Shown: positions 1 to 9,325 of the stretch, piece by piece
How the letters are laid out: each line of letters begins with the position of its first letter
How positions within the stretch are numbered: the stretch's first letter is position 1
From: Gammaproteobacteria bacterium
GTDB lineage: Bacteria; Pseudomonadota; Gammaproteobacteria; Steroidobacterales; PWYM01
Direction: 5' to 3'
Assembly: GCA_003567475.1 (NCBI GenBank)
Contig: PWZL01000021.1
Span: 3,485 to 67,484, forward strand
Length of the DNA: 64,000 bases
Notes under the pieces: model-generated
Told to the model about the DNA's origin: nothing
The model's input: the letters and a program-made list of their open reading frames with translations, nothing else
Database searches by the model: none
Position numbers and translations under genes: made by a program

Positions 1-881
1 GAGGCGGCGCCATTCAGCGCCATGATGGTCCCCATGCCGACGCCCGCGACCATGTACCCCACCTGGCTGATGATGTGATAGGCCAGCAGCCGACGGATAT
101 CGTTGGCAAGCACGGCATACACTACACCCCACAGCGCCATCACCACCCCGAGCCAAACCAGCAGTTCGGTGCCGGGGAACCCACGGATCAGCGTATAGAC
201 GGCAGTCTTGGTTGTCAGTGCACTGAGGAAAATCGCACCGGTCACCGTCGACTCGGGATAGGCGTCCGCCAGCCAGGCACCGAGTGGTGGTACGGCTGCG
301 TTGAGCAGGAAACCGACGAGGATCAGATAGAAGGCAAGACCGGTATCTTCGATCTGTGCGAACTGCACGGTACCGGTATCGAGGTAGTACAAAATGATAC
401 CGGCGAGCAGCACGATGCCGCCGAGGGCATGGACCAGCAGATACCGGAAGCCTGCGGCCATCGACGCCGGGTTACGCCGGCACCAGATGAGCCACACTGA
501 AGTAAAGACCATCAGCTCCCAGAAGACATACAGGGTAACAAGGTCACCTGCGAACACGACGCCGAGTGCCGACCCGGCATACATCAGGGCAGCCACATGC
601 TGAGGGGTGTCCTTCACATGCAGCGCATAAATCGCCCCGACCAGGGTGATGATCGCGAACACCGAAGCGAACACCAGGCTCAACTTGTCCACGCGCATCG
701 GTGAGAGTTCGATACCCAGGAACACCGTTGCGCCGAACACCCCGCCCGGCAGGGAAAACACCAGCCAGATCAAGGTGGCTGCAATCAGCAGCAGCGCACC
801 CTGCTGCAACCGGCCACGCAGGACGGCCACCACCAGCGCGCCGGTGAACAGCAGGATCGAGGGGTGCAACACCTCACTCAT
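1..881 (-). CDS. Mrp/Mnh antiporter MrpD/NuoL-like membrane subunit (3' end outside window)
   Basis: ATG at 881 overlaps the stop of the upstream small gene; reads MSEVLHPSILLFTG..., contains FWELMVFTSV, GFLLNAAVPPLGAWLADAYPESTVTG and LLAYHIISQVGYM motifs of the proton-antiporter family; runs off the window edge. Confidence 0.85.
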   Translation of the reverse strand, partial: MSEVLHPSILLFTGALVVAVLRGRLQQGALLLIAATLIWLVFSLPGGVFGATVFLGIELSPMRVDKLSLVFASVFAIITLVGAIYALHVKDTPQHVAALMYAGSALGVVFAGDLVTLYVFWELMVFTSVWLIWCRRNPASMAAGFRYLLVHALGGIVLLAGIILYYLDTGTVQFAQIEDTGLAFYLILVGFLLNAAVPPLGAWLADAYPESTVTGAIFLSALTTKTAVYTLIRGFPGTELLVWLGVVMALWGVVYAVLANDIRRLLAYHIISQVGYMVAGVGMGTIMALNGAA

Positions 882-1125
882 CGTAGTAATCCTCTGGGCG
901 ATACAGCAGCAGGTAGCCCAGCGCCTTGGACACCACGATGATCAGCACACAGGAGATGAAGCCGTAGAACGCACCGAACCCACCGATACTCTCCCAGGGA
1001 AAGCGGTCATATTTCGAGGGCACCACAATGTCGGCGATGACCAGGCCGGCCAGCACGACGTACATGATCCGGCGCAACAACACGCCGCGCTCTACCATCG
1101 CCTGCAGCAGTCTGCCCAAGTCCAT
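874..1125 (-). CDS. small two-TM membrane protein inside the mrp operon
   Basis: 83 aa, two hydrophobic segments, ends RPEDYYDE; overlaps the start of the next subunit. Confidence 0.75.
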   Translation of the reverse strand: MDLGRLLQAMVERGVLLRRIMYVVLAGLVIADIVVPSKYDRFPWESIGGFGAFYGFISCVLIIVVSKALGYLLLYRPEDYYDE

Positions 1126-1158
1126 GTCAGGTCACTCCGTCATCGATCCGCGCGACAC

Positions 1159-2634
1159 TCAGCCGCCCGGCACCGCCAGATAGGGCCGTAGCAGCTCGGC
1201 CAGCGGCCCCGCCAGGACGAACAGCGCCAGACAACCGAGCGCCGTCAAGCTCAGCGGCACGACACACAGCAACGGCGCCTCACGCACGCCACCGGTCTGC
1301 TCGCGCTCCGGCGACGGCAGCAGAAATGCCGTCACCACCGGCGGAATCAGATATGCGATGTTCAGCAGCGTGCTGACGACCAGCGCCACCACGACCAGCG
1401 GGTAGCCGGAATCGTAGGCCCCCATGAACAGGTGCCACTTGCTCCAGACCCCACCCATTGGCGGCACTCCGATCACACACAGGGCGCCGATGAAAAAGGC
1501 CGCAAAAGTCACCGGCATGCGCCGGCCGAGTCCGTGCATATCGCTGATGGCGGTTTTCTTGGTGGCGACATAGATCGCGCCAGCGCAGAAGAACAGCGTA
1601 ATCTTGCCAAAAGCATGCATCACGATGTGCATACCGCCGCCCAGCGCCGCGAACTCGCTGACCAGCATCGCAGCGGCGACGATATAGGACAGCTGACTGA
1701 CCGTGGAATAGGCGAGCCGCGCCTTGAGGTTGTCCTGCTGCATCGCCACCAGGGAGGCGGCAAGCAGCGTGAATACGGCAATGTAGAGAATCAGGTCACT
1801 GGTGGCGAGTTCGCGCAGGTAATCCAGTCCGAACAGATAGACACTGACCTTGAGGACGGTAAACACACCAGCCTTGACCACGGCCACCGCATGCAACAGC
1901 GCCGAGACGGGCGTCGGCGCCACCATCGCCGCGGGCAACCAGCGATGGAAAGGCATCAACGCCGCCTTGCCGATGCCATACATGAACAACACCAGCAGAA
2001 TGGCACCCACCGTCGGATCGACGCGCCCTGCCATGATTCCGCCTGGCGTGAACTCCAGCGTGCCCGTCAGCCACCATGTGGCAATGATCGCGGGTAACAG
2101 GAGACCGACCGACGTGCCGAGCAACAGTCCGAGATAAGTCCGCGCGCCTTTCTTCGCGGCCTCATTGCCCTTGTGTGCCACCAGCGGGTAGGTGGACAGC
2201 GTCAGCACCTCGTAGAACACGAACAGCGAGAACATGTTCGCCGAGAACGCGATACCCGTGGCGCTGAACAGCGCGATGCAGAAGAAGACGTGAAAGCGCG
2301 TGTGGTTGAGCTCCTTGGCGCCCCGCATGTAGCCGATGGCATACAGCGCGGTGATGATCCACAAACCTGACGCCAGCAATGCAAAGACCATCCCGAGCGG
2401 CTCGACCACGAAAGCGATCTCAAGCCCCGGGAAGAGCTCGAGCAGAGTCGCCGAGGGACGCTGGCCTTCGCGCACACGCGGCAGCAGCTGCAGGACCACG
2501 CCGAACATCACGGCGGCCGTGGTCACCACCAGGCCATCACGCAGACCCGCCCAGCGGCTGGCAGCCATCAGGGCAAACATCCCGATGAGCGGAACCGCCA
2601 GCGCGAGATAGATCAGGGCGGCATCGCTTACCAT
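1159..2634 (-). CDS. mrpD: Mrp antiporter MrpD-like subunit
   Basis: 491 aa polytopic; FYEVLTLSTYPLV, KAALMPFHRWLPAAMVAPTPVSALLHAVAVVKAG, LAYSTVSQLSY. Confidence 0.85.
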   Translation of the reverse strand: MVSDAALIYLALAVPLIGMFALMAASRWAGLRDGLVVTTAAVMFGVVLQLLPRVREGQRPSATLLELFPGLEIAFVVEPLGMVFALLASGLWIITALYAIGYMRGAKELNHTRFHVFFCIALFSATGIAFSANMFSLFVFYEVLTLSTYPLVAHKGNEAAKKGARTYLGLLLGTSVGLLLPAIIATWWLTGTLEFTPGGIMAGRVDPTVGAILLVLFMYGIGKAALMPFHRWLPAAMVAPTPVSALLHAVAVVKAGVFTVLKVSVYLFGLDYLRELATSDLILYIAVFTLLAASLVAMQQDNLKARLAYSTVSQLSYIVAAAMLVSEFAALGGGMHIVMHAFGKITLFFCAGAIYVATKKTAISDMHGLGRRMPVTFAAFFIGALCVIGVPPMGGVWSKWHLFMGAYDSGYPLVVVALVVSTLLNIAYLIPPVVTAFLLPSPEREQTGGVREAPLLCVVPLSLTALGCLALFVLAGPLAELLRPYLAVPGG

Positions 2635-4115
2635 GACTGCGGCACCCCCAGCAGCGCGTCGGCGGCATTACGGGCGGCGCCGATCGGGAACTGCGCCCAC
2701 ACACCGAACACAATGGTGGCACCCGTCAGCACCCACGTCGGCACCAGCAGTGCCAGCGGCGCCTCACGAACCTCGCGGGCATCCTCTGGTGGCGCCCGGA
2801 AATAGGCCGCCTCCACCACTTTCCACATATAGACCGCAGCAATCAGCGAGGTGGCGAGCAACAGTGCGGCCACCGGCCAGAACCCCTCCATCAGCGCCGC
2901 CTGCAGGAGATACCACTTGGTGACGAAGCCGGCGGTCAACGGCACACCGATCAGACTCAGACCGGCCACGACGAATGCCGCCATGGTCCAGGGCATACGC
3001 TCGGCGGCTCCGGCGACCCGCGCCAGGGAGACGCCGCCAAGCCGATACACCAGGCAGCCTACAGCCATGAACAGCGCCGCCTTGGTGATGGCATGATTGA
3101 ACAGGTGCAGCACCGAGGCCATCAGACCGAGGGCACTGGCGAAACTGATCCCCAGAATCATGTAGCCGACCTGGGCGACGCTGGAGTAGGCGAGCAACCG
3201 CTTGACGTCGTCCTGGAACACCGCGATCAGCGACGGAATGACGATACCGAGCAGGGCGAGCGGCATCAGCACCCAAGCCATGGACAATTCGACGAAGCTG
3301 AATTCGAAGCCGAACACCGTGTAGACGAAGCGCAGCAGCACGTAGATGGCCACTTTGGTGGCGGTCGCGGACAGAAACACCGTCACCATCGAGGGAGCGT
3401 AGCTGTAGGCGTTCGGCAACCACAGGTGTAGCGGGAAAAGCGCCAGCTTGAGCGAAATGCCGACGGCAATGAACGCGAAGGCCGCCCGAATCGTACGGGT
3501 GTCGGTCACCTCCGGAAGTCGTGCAGCCAGATCGCCAAGATTCAGCGTGCCCGTCATGATGTACAGAAAGCCTATGCCGATCAGCAGGAAAGTCGTGCCA
3601 ATCGTGCCCATGATCAGGTACTGGTAGGACGCCAATACCGCGCGGCGATCCCTGCCCATGGCGATCAGGGCATAGGAGGCGAGCGCGGAGATCTCGAAGA
3701 ACACGAAGATATTGAAGGCGTCGGCGGTGATGGCGATGCCAAGCAGGCCGGCATTGGCCAGCAGGAACGCCGAATAGAACAGGCCGATGCGGTCGGCTGG
3801 AATCTCCTGGTCGACGCTGCGTCGCGCAAACGGCATGACCACCGCGCTGACCAGCCCGATGATCAGCAACACCCAGGCGTTGGCACCATCAACGCGGTAC
3901 TCGATACCCCAGGGGGGCGCCCAGCCGCCCATCTCGTAGCGGATGACGCTGCCGTCCGACACCTGCAGCAGCAGCATCACGGCCACCGCGAAGGTGGCCC
4001 AGCAGGTCACCAGGGTCACGCCCCAGGCCAGTCGTGGCAGCCGGTTCAGCAGCATCACCAGGGGGGCGGCGGTCAGCGCGATCACCACCTGAAGTGCAGG
4101 CAGATGCTCGGTCAC
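2628..4115 (-). CDS. mrpD: Mrp antiporter subunit D
   Basis: 495 aa; GGWAPPWGIE, FNIFVFFEI, LKLALFPLHLWLPNAY, LAYSSVAQVGY. Confidence 0.9.
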   Translation of the reverse strand: MTEHLPALQVVIALTAAPLVMLLNRLPRLAWGVTLVTCWATFAVAVMLLLQVSDGSVIRYEMGGWAPPWGIEYRVDGANAWVLLIIGLVSAVVMPFARRSVDQEIPADRIGLFYSAFLLANAGLLGIAITADAFNIFVFFEISALASYALIAMGRDRRAVLASYQYLIMGTIGTTFLLIGIGFLYIMTGTLNLGDLAARLPEVTDTRTIRAAFAFIAVGISLKLALFPLHLWLPNAYSYAPSMVTVFLSATATKVAIYVLLRFVYTVFGFEFSFVELSMAWVLMPLALLGIVIPSLIAVFQDDVKRLLAYSSVAQVGYMILGISFASALGLMASVLHLFNHAITKAALFMAVGCLVYRLGGVSLARVAGAAERMPWTMAAFVVAGLSLIGVPLTAGFVTKWYLLQAALMEGFWPVAALLLATSLIAAVYMWKVVEAAYFRAPPEDAREVREAPLALLVPTWVLTGATIVFGVWAQFPIGAARNAADALLGVPQSW

Positions 4116-4465
4116 TGTTGTTCGTCCTGCTGATGGATGTCGTCTTCTTCAATGGAGCCGTAGGTCTCGTGGATTCTCACCACGAGCGCCAGGCCCATGG
4201 CCGTCAGCGCCACGCCCACGACGATGGCCGTGAGGATCAGCACGTGCGGCAGCGGATTGGCGTATTCCGTCACGCCCGGCAGGGCGATCGGTGCGGTACC
4301 GCCCTCACGCCAGGCGAGACTGATGAAAAAAATGAATGCCGAGGTCTGGAAGATGTTCAGCCCGACGATTTTCTTCACCAGATTGCCCTGAGCAATCACG
4401 ATATAGAAACCGATCATCATCAGCACGACGACGATCCAGTAGTTGTACAGGCCGAGCAGCGTCAT
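4112..4465 (-). CDS. mrpC: Mrp antiporter subunit C
   Basis: 117 aa; NLVKKIVGL and NPLPHVLILTAIVVG. Confidence 0.9.
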   Translation of the reverse strand: MTLLGLYNYWIVVVLMMIGFYIVIAQGNLVKKIVGLNIFQTSAFIFFISLAWREGGTAPIALPGVTEYANPLPHVLILTAIVVGVALTAMGLALVVRIHETYGSIEEDDIHQQDEQQ

Positions 4466-4884
4466 GCGTCCGGCCTCCGCCCGGCAAAGGAGTAGAACAG
4501 CGACAGGCCTACTGCTGCCACGGTAATCCCGACGCCCAATTCGATGCCGATGATGCCGAAGGTTTCACCCGCCTGGTCGTTGGGCAGCAGGACCTTGTAT
4601 TCGAGGAAATTGCCGCCGAGAAACAGGCTCGCAAAACCGAACGCGGCGAACAGCAATACGCCGATCGCAGAAAGCGCATGCGCTGCTTCCGGCGGGATCG
4701 CTTTCTGGGCGGCTTCCAGGCCATACAGCAGCGTATAGACGACGAAGGCGGCGGTGAACACGATGCCGGCCTGGAAGCCACCACCGGGACTGTATTCCCC
4801 GTGAAACTGCACATAGAACGCGAATATCAGGATGATAGGGATCATCAGGCCACTGATGACCCTGAGCACGATGTACCGGTTCAT
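4462..4884 (-). CDS. mrpB: Mrp antiporter subunit B
   Basis: 140 aa; HGEYSPGGGFQAG MnhB signature. Confidence 0.9.
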   Translation of the reverse strand: MNRYIVLRVISGLMIPIILIFAFYVQFHGEYSPGGGFQAGIVFTAAFVVYTLLYGLEAAQKAIPPEAAHALSAIGVLLFAAFGFASLFLGGNFLEYKVLLPNDQAGETFGIIGIELGVGITVAAVGLSLFYSFAGRRPDA

Positions 4885-5462
4885 GGCCCCTCGTCCCCTG
4901 CGCCCCGACGCGCAGCGTCACGCGATTTACGCCCGCGCACCGAGCCACTGCCAAGCACCAGCAGCACGCCCACAGCGGCGGCGAACACCACCACGGCCTC
5001 CCCGAGCGTATCGATACCGCGGTAGCTGGCCAGTACCGAGGTCACCATGTTCGGAATACCGATTTCCTCGGGCGACTCCTGGGTGAAACGCGGCGAAAGG
5101 TGGACATGCGCCGGCGCCTCCGGATCGCCGAACCTTGGCATGTCGAGGGTAGCGTAGATCAACGCGGCACCCGTGATCGCCACCACCACCAGAGCCAGCA
5201 GGTTGTGACGCATGCTGTGCCGGCGCTCCTCCCGGGTGGTCAGCGCGATGGTGCCCAACATCAGGATGACCATCAGGCCGGCGCCGACGGCCGCCTCGGT
5301 GAGGGCGACGTCCGGGGCATCCATCAGGACGAACAGCACGGCCACGACCAGACTGTAGATTCCCGTCAGCATGGTCACGGCCAGCAGGTTGCGGATACGC
5401 ACGATGGCGATCGCGATGATCGCGAGAAAAGTGAGCAGAACGATGTCGATCAGCGCTTCGAT
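4881..5462 (-). CDS. DUF4040/MrpA C-terminal-like Mrp subunit (probable ATC start)
   Basis: APDVALTEAAVGAG and NMVTSVLASYRGIDTLGE motifs; the frame stays open to an ATC at 5462 behind GGAGG (ORF track starts at GTG 5402). Confidence 0.8.
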   Translation of the reverse strand: MEALIDIVLLTFLAIIAIAIVRIRNLLAVTMLTGIYSLVVAVLFVLMDAPDVALTEAAVGAGLMVILMLGTIALTTREERRHSMRHNLLALVVVAITGAALIYATLDMPRFGDPEAPAHVHLSPRFTQESPEEIGIPNMVTSVLASYRGIDTLGEAVVVFAAAVGVLLVLGSGSVRGRKSRDAARRGAGDEGP

Positions 5463-5779
5463 GACGCACCTCCCGGCGCGCGGCGCCAGGGCTCAAGATG
5501 ATCATGCCGCGCGGCCTTGGCCAGCGCATGGGCGGCAGTCGGGCCCGTGAACAATAGAAAGGCGAGCGTGAACAGAAGCTTCGCCGCCACCGGTATGCTG
5601 TCGGCCTGCAGCGTCAACCCCAGCAGGATCAGGATCGAACACAGCGTGTCGGTCAGACCTGCGGCCTGGATACGCGAGTAGAAATCCGGCATCCGCATGA
5701 GACCGAGACCACCAATCACCAGCAGCGTGGAGCCGGCCAGCAGCAGCACCCAGCTCAGGATGTCCAGCACGAGAGCCAT
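5450..5779 (-). CDS. mrpG: Mrp antiporter subunit G
   Basis: 109 aa; GLMRMPDFYSRIQAAG, PTAAHALA. Confidence 0.9.
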   Translation of the reverse strand: MALVLDILSWVLLLAGSTLLVIGGLGLMRMPDFYSRIQAAGLTDTLCSILILLGLTLQADSIPVAAKLLFTLAFLLFTGPTAAHALAKAARHDHLEPWRRAPGGASSKR

Positions 5780-6078
5780 CAGCGCTCCCCCCCGCTCTGC
5801 TCGGTCTCTTCAGCAGGATCACCCACCAGGCTGCCGGATTCGAACACGCGCAAGACGGCGATGATGCCGATGTAGTTCAGCAGGGCGTAGACGATGGCGA
5901 TGTCGATGAATTCCGGTCGCCCGGTAATGAACCCGACGACGGCGATCATCAGTACGGTCTTGGTCCCCACGACATTGACGGCGAGGATGCGGTCATGAAT
6001 CGTCGGGCCGACGAACGCCCGGACCAGCGCCATGCCCAGGGTGATGAGAATCGCGAGAGCCACCGCAAAAAACATCAC
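5779..6078 (-). CDS. mrpF: Mrp antiporter subunit F
   Basis: 99 aa; GPTIHDRILA, DIAIVYALL. Confidence 0.9.
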   Translation of the reverse strand: MMFFAVALAILITLGMALVRAFVGPTIHDRILAVNVVGTKTVLMIAVVGFITGRPEFIDIAIVYALLNYIGIIAVLRVFESGSLVGDPAEETEQSGGER

Positions 6079-6560
6079 GACAGCCCCTCTTCGAAGCGCA
6101 GAACGCGGCGGTTCATTTCACCGGTTTCCAGGTCATCGACGACTTCAGGCAGCAGGGCGTAATACTCGATGTAATCCTCGGTGACCTGCAGCGTGACGGT
6201 CCCCGGGGTCAGCGTGATGGAATTGGCCATGATGGCCCGCCCCACATGGGTGCGCTGCAGGGTGTGCAGACGGGCGATGCGCGGGTCGATGGCATCGCGT
6301 CCGGCGAGGATCCGGCGCGCGACCAGCACATTGGCGAGCACGATCTGCCCCAGCAGCCATGGCCAGTAGCGCAGCGCCGCCGGCAACATGTGAAAGACTT
6401 CCGTGTCGCGCCCCAGCAGATCCATGCGCGCAACCAGCCAGACCGTCACGATCACGGACGCCACGCCCAGGGACAGGATGAGCGGATAGGTCCACATCCC
6501 CGAGAACAGCAGCCAGACGATGGCCAGCAGCACTGTCAGACTGATCACGTACCTGGACAC
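6075..6560 (-). CDS. mrpE: Mrp antiporter subunit E
   Basis: ANSITLTPGTVT motif; start placed at GTG 6560 behind GGAG. Confidence 0.88.
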   Translation of the reverse strand: MSRYVISLTVLLAIVWLLFSGMWTYPLILSLGVASVIVTVWLVARMDLLGRDTEVFHMLPAALRYWPWLLGQIVLANVLVARRILAGRDAIDPRIARLHTLQRTHVGRAIMANSITLTPGTVTLQVTEDYIEYYALLPEVVDDLETGEMNRRVLRFEEGLS

Positions 6561-6608
6561 GGCAGACTCCCGAACCGCTAGACGCCAAAATCCCTGTCGA
6601 CACCTGAT

Positions 6609-6680
6609 CGCGTCCCTGCGACGCGGCACCGGGGCAAGCTCACCGCCTGGGAGGCAGCAGCGACGCCGCAGCCACCCCTT
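6609..6680 (-). ncRNA. candidate structured cis-regulatory RNA (possible Na+/Li+ riboswitch-like) in the mrp leader
   Basis: GGGGUG-hairpin-GCCU/AGGC hairpin-GGUGAGCUUGCCCCGGUGCCGC followed by an overlapping CGCGUC/GACGCG hairpin, upstream of mrpE; resemblance judged from memory only. Confidence 0.35.
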
Positions 6681-6893
6681 GGCCGCGGCCGGATCACCCG
6701 GCACGAAAGCGCGGCATCTTAGACTGAAATCCGCGCTGAATAAAGCACTTCCGGGGCTCGGGCGCTGCTGACCCGCCGTCCGCCAGCACCCGTCTCGCAG
6801 GCCTCAGCGGCCGCGAAAGCGTCGACGTCAAAGACGGTGTTAATAAGTCATGCGTTGCGCTGCAGCACGACCGCCAGAGTCGACACGCGCCGA

Positions 6894-6927
6894 TAGTTTT
6901 GCACAAAACTAATTGATGGCATATAAT
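6894..6927 (+). promoter_or_regulatory. sigma70 promoter with overlapping palindromic operator for the marR-ect operon
   Basis: TTGCAC(6899-6904)-17 nt-TATAAT(6922-6927); perfect inverted repeat TAGTTTTG-CA-CAAAACTA (6894-6911) covers the -35. Confidence 0.75.
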
Positions 6928-6938
6928 TTCTGGCTGAC

Positions 6939-7511
6939 ATGAACGAGCATCGAAACAACAGTGGAAAACACAGTTCGCGCGGTGAAACCGACGAGACCTC
7001 TGGCGCGCCCGAGCGCGACGCCGGCCATGAATGGGCGGCTCGGGAGGATCGGGTAATGTCTGCGGTACGCCATTTCCGCGTCGTGGTTCGCGCCGTGCAG
7101 GCGCATTCCAGCTGGGTGGAACGCCAGTGCGGCGTCACCGCAGCCCAGCTCTGGGCGCTCTGGGAGGTGTTTCGGGATCCCGGTATCCGGGTGTCCGACA
7201 TTTCCCGGCGCTTGTCGATCAAGCCGGCCACCGCAAGCAACCTGCTCGACAAGATCGAGGGTAAGGGGCTGGTACGGCGGGAGCGCCGCGGCCCGGACCA
7301 GCGGGTAGTGCGCCTGTTCCCGACAGATGATGGCGCCCGCCTGCTGGCGAGGGCGCCGCGACCGGCCGAGGGCGCGCTGCTCGATGCCCTCACCCGCCTG
7401 GATGACCAGCAGCTCGAGGCGCTCAACGGCAGCCTCGAGGCACTGGTCGACATTCTGCGCGTCAAGGACGAGGGCTCGGCATTGTCGCCGATCCTGCCCG
7501 CCGGGAACTGA
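6939..7511 (+). CDS. MarR-family regulator (EctR/CosR-like) of ectoine genes
   Basis: GVTAAQLWAL...ATASNLLDKIEGKGLVRRERRGPDQRVVRL winged-helix pattern; first gene of the ect cluster. Confidence 0.85.
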   Translation: MNEHRNNSGKHSSRGETDETSGAPERDAGHEWAAREDRVMSAVRHFRVVVRAVQAHSSWVERQCGVTAAQLWALWEVFRDPGIRVSDISRRLSIKPATASNLLDKIEGKGLVRRERRGPDQRVVRLFPTDDGARLLARAPRPAEGALLDALTRLDDQQLEALNGSLEALVDILRVKDEGSALSPILPAGN

Positions 7512-7593
7512 TGCGCCTCGCCGCCCCGGGCTCTCGCCGCCCGCGGCACTCTCCATTAGCTATCAGATAGACAACAAAAGGCTCACGAAGCAC

Positions 7594-8796
7594 ATGGACA
7601 TCATCGTTCAGAAGTACGGCGGGTCATCGCTCGCCGAAGACGCCAAGTTGTGCGCTGTTGCGCACCGGATCGCCGAGACACGCCGCAACGGCACAGGGCT
7701 CGTGGTGGTGGTTTCTGCCATGGGCAACACCACCAGCCGGTTGCTCGCACATGCCGGTCGCCTCAACGCGACACCGGAACATCGCGAACTGGACATGCTG
7801 CTGGCCGCGGGCGAGCAGAAGTCCGCCTCCCTGCTGTCTCTGGCCCTGCACGACCTCGGGATCGAAGCGGTGGCCCTGACCGGCGCACAGGCGGGCGTGC
7901 GCACCTGCAACGCCCACCTCAATGCGCGCATTCGCAGTGTCGACCCGACGCGGATGCGCAGCGAGGTCGCCGCGGGACGGGTGGTGGTCGTCGCCGGCTT
8001 TCAGGGCGCCGGCCCGACGGGCGACATCACCACACTGGGCCGGGGCGGCTCCGACACCACGGCCGTGGCCATTGCTGCTGCCGTCGGCGCCAGCCGCTGC
8101 GAGATTTATTCGGACGTCGACGGCGTCTACACCGCCGATCCGCGGGTGGTGCCGGAGGCAAGCCGACTGCGCATGCTCAGCCTGACCGAGATGAAGACAC
8201 TGGCCCATCACGGCTCCGGGGTGCTCAACGAGCGGGCCGTCGACTATGCCATCGAGCATGGCGTCACCATCCACGCGCGCCGCGCCCATGGCGATGGCGG
8301 CCAGACGATTGTCCGGACGGAACAGGGCACCGGCGGCCGCACCCGCATCGCCGGAATCGCCACTCACGGTGAGCTGCTGCGGATCGATTTCACCGAGCTC
8401 GCCGATCGTGCCGCGTTGAGTGAACTGCTCGACGAATACGACAGCTTCGCCCCGGAGCTGGCCCTGGGGGGGCGTGGCCTGTACCTGCTGCCCACCGATC
8501 AGCTGGCCGACGTCCCGGGCCTGTGCGCGGCCATTGAGGCTCGCTGCGGCGATGGCGTGCGGGTACACGGGACGGTGGCGTCGGTGTCCGCCGTGGGCCG
8601 CCAGGCCGGACGCGACCCGAGCACTCTGGCCTTCGCGCAGCAGCTGCTGCAGGCGCAGGACATCACGGTGCATCACGCGTTCGCCACGGAACACGCTGTC
8701 ACCTGCCTGGTGGCCGAAGAGATGCGTGCGACGGCGGCGCAGACCTTCCATACTGGCTTCCGTATCGCCGATACCGGAGTGGCCGATGTCGCCTGA
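7594..8796 (+). CDS. ask: aspartate kinase (ectoine-associated)
   Basis: IVQKYGGSS, VVVSAMG, TTLGRGGSDTTA, SDVDGVYTADPR; ATG 7594. Confidence 0.9.
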   Translation: MDIIVQKYGGSSLAEDAKLCAVAHRIAETRRNGTGLVVVVSAMGNTTSRLLAHAGRLNATPEHRELDMLLAAGEQKSASLLSLALHDLGIEAVALTGAQAGVRTCNAHLNARIRSVDPTRMRSEVAAGRVVVVAGFQGAGPTGDITTLGRGGSDTTAVAIAAAVGASRCEIYSDVDGVYTADPRVVPEASRLRMLSLTEMKTLAHHGSGVLNERAVDYAIEHGVTIHARRAHGDGGQTIVRTEQGTGGRTRIAGIATHGELLRIDFTELADRAALSELLDEYDSFAPELALGGRGLYLLPTDQLADVPGLCAAIEARCGDGVRVHGTVASVSAVGRQAGRDPSTLAFAQQLLQAQDITVHHAFATEHAVTCLVAEEMRATAAQTFHTGFRIADTGVADVA

Positions 8797-9325
8797 AGCG
8801 CTGACCCGCGCCACTGCATCGGCCATCCGCTTTCGTGCTGCGCGGCCCGAAGATGGCGCCGCCATGTGGCGACTCGTTCAAGACATGGGTGGACTCGAAC
8901 TCAACACCGCGTATTTCTACGTGCTGTTCTGCATCGACTTCGCTGAAACCTGTGTCGTGGCCGAAGCGGACAACGGAGAGCTCGCCGGCTTCGTGCTCGG
9001 CCACCGGCCTCCCGCGAGGCCGGATACCGTATTCGTCTGGCAGGTTGGCGTGGCGCCCTGGATGCGCCGCCAGGGTCTGGCAGGGCGACTGCTCGAGGCG
9101 CTGCTGCGCCAGCAGGCACGCCCCGCGCGCTGGCTCGAGGCTACCGTGAGCCCCGACAACACTGCCTCGATGCAGCTGTTCCGCGCCCTCGCCCGCGCCC
9201 ACGACGCGCGGTGCGAGGAAAGCGATTTCATGGACGCCGGACTGTTTCCCGGCGACCACGCGGCCGAGCGGTTGTTCCGCATCGGCCCACTGAACCCATC
9301 ATCAGCACAGGGAAAAACAGTATGA
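8786..9325 (+). CDS. ectA: L-2,4-diaminobutyrate acetyltransferase
   Basis: LELNTAYFY, FAETCVVAE, FVWQVGV, LEATVSPDNTAS; ATG 8786 overlaps the end of ask. Confidence 0.92.
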   Translation: MSPEALTRATASAIRFRAARPEDGAAMWRLVQDMGGLELNTAYFYVLFCIDFAETCVVAEADNGELAGFVLGHRPPARPDTVFVWQVGVAPWMRRQGLAGRLLEALLRQQARPARWLEATVSPDNTASMQLFRALARAHDARCEESDFMDAGLFPGDHAAERLFRIGPLNPSSAQGKTV

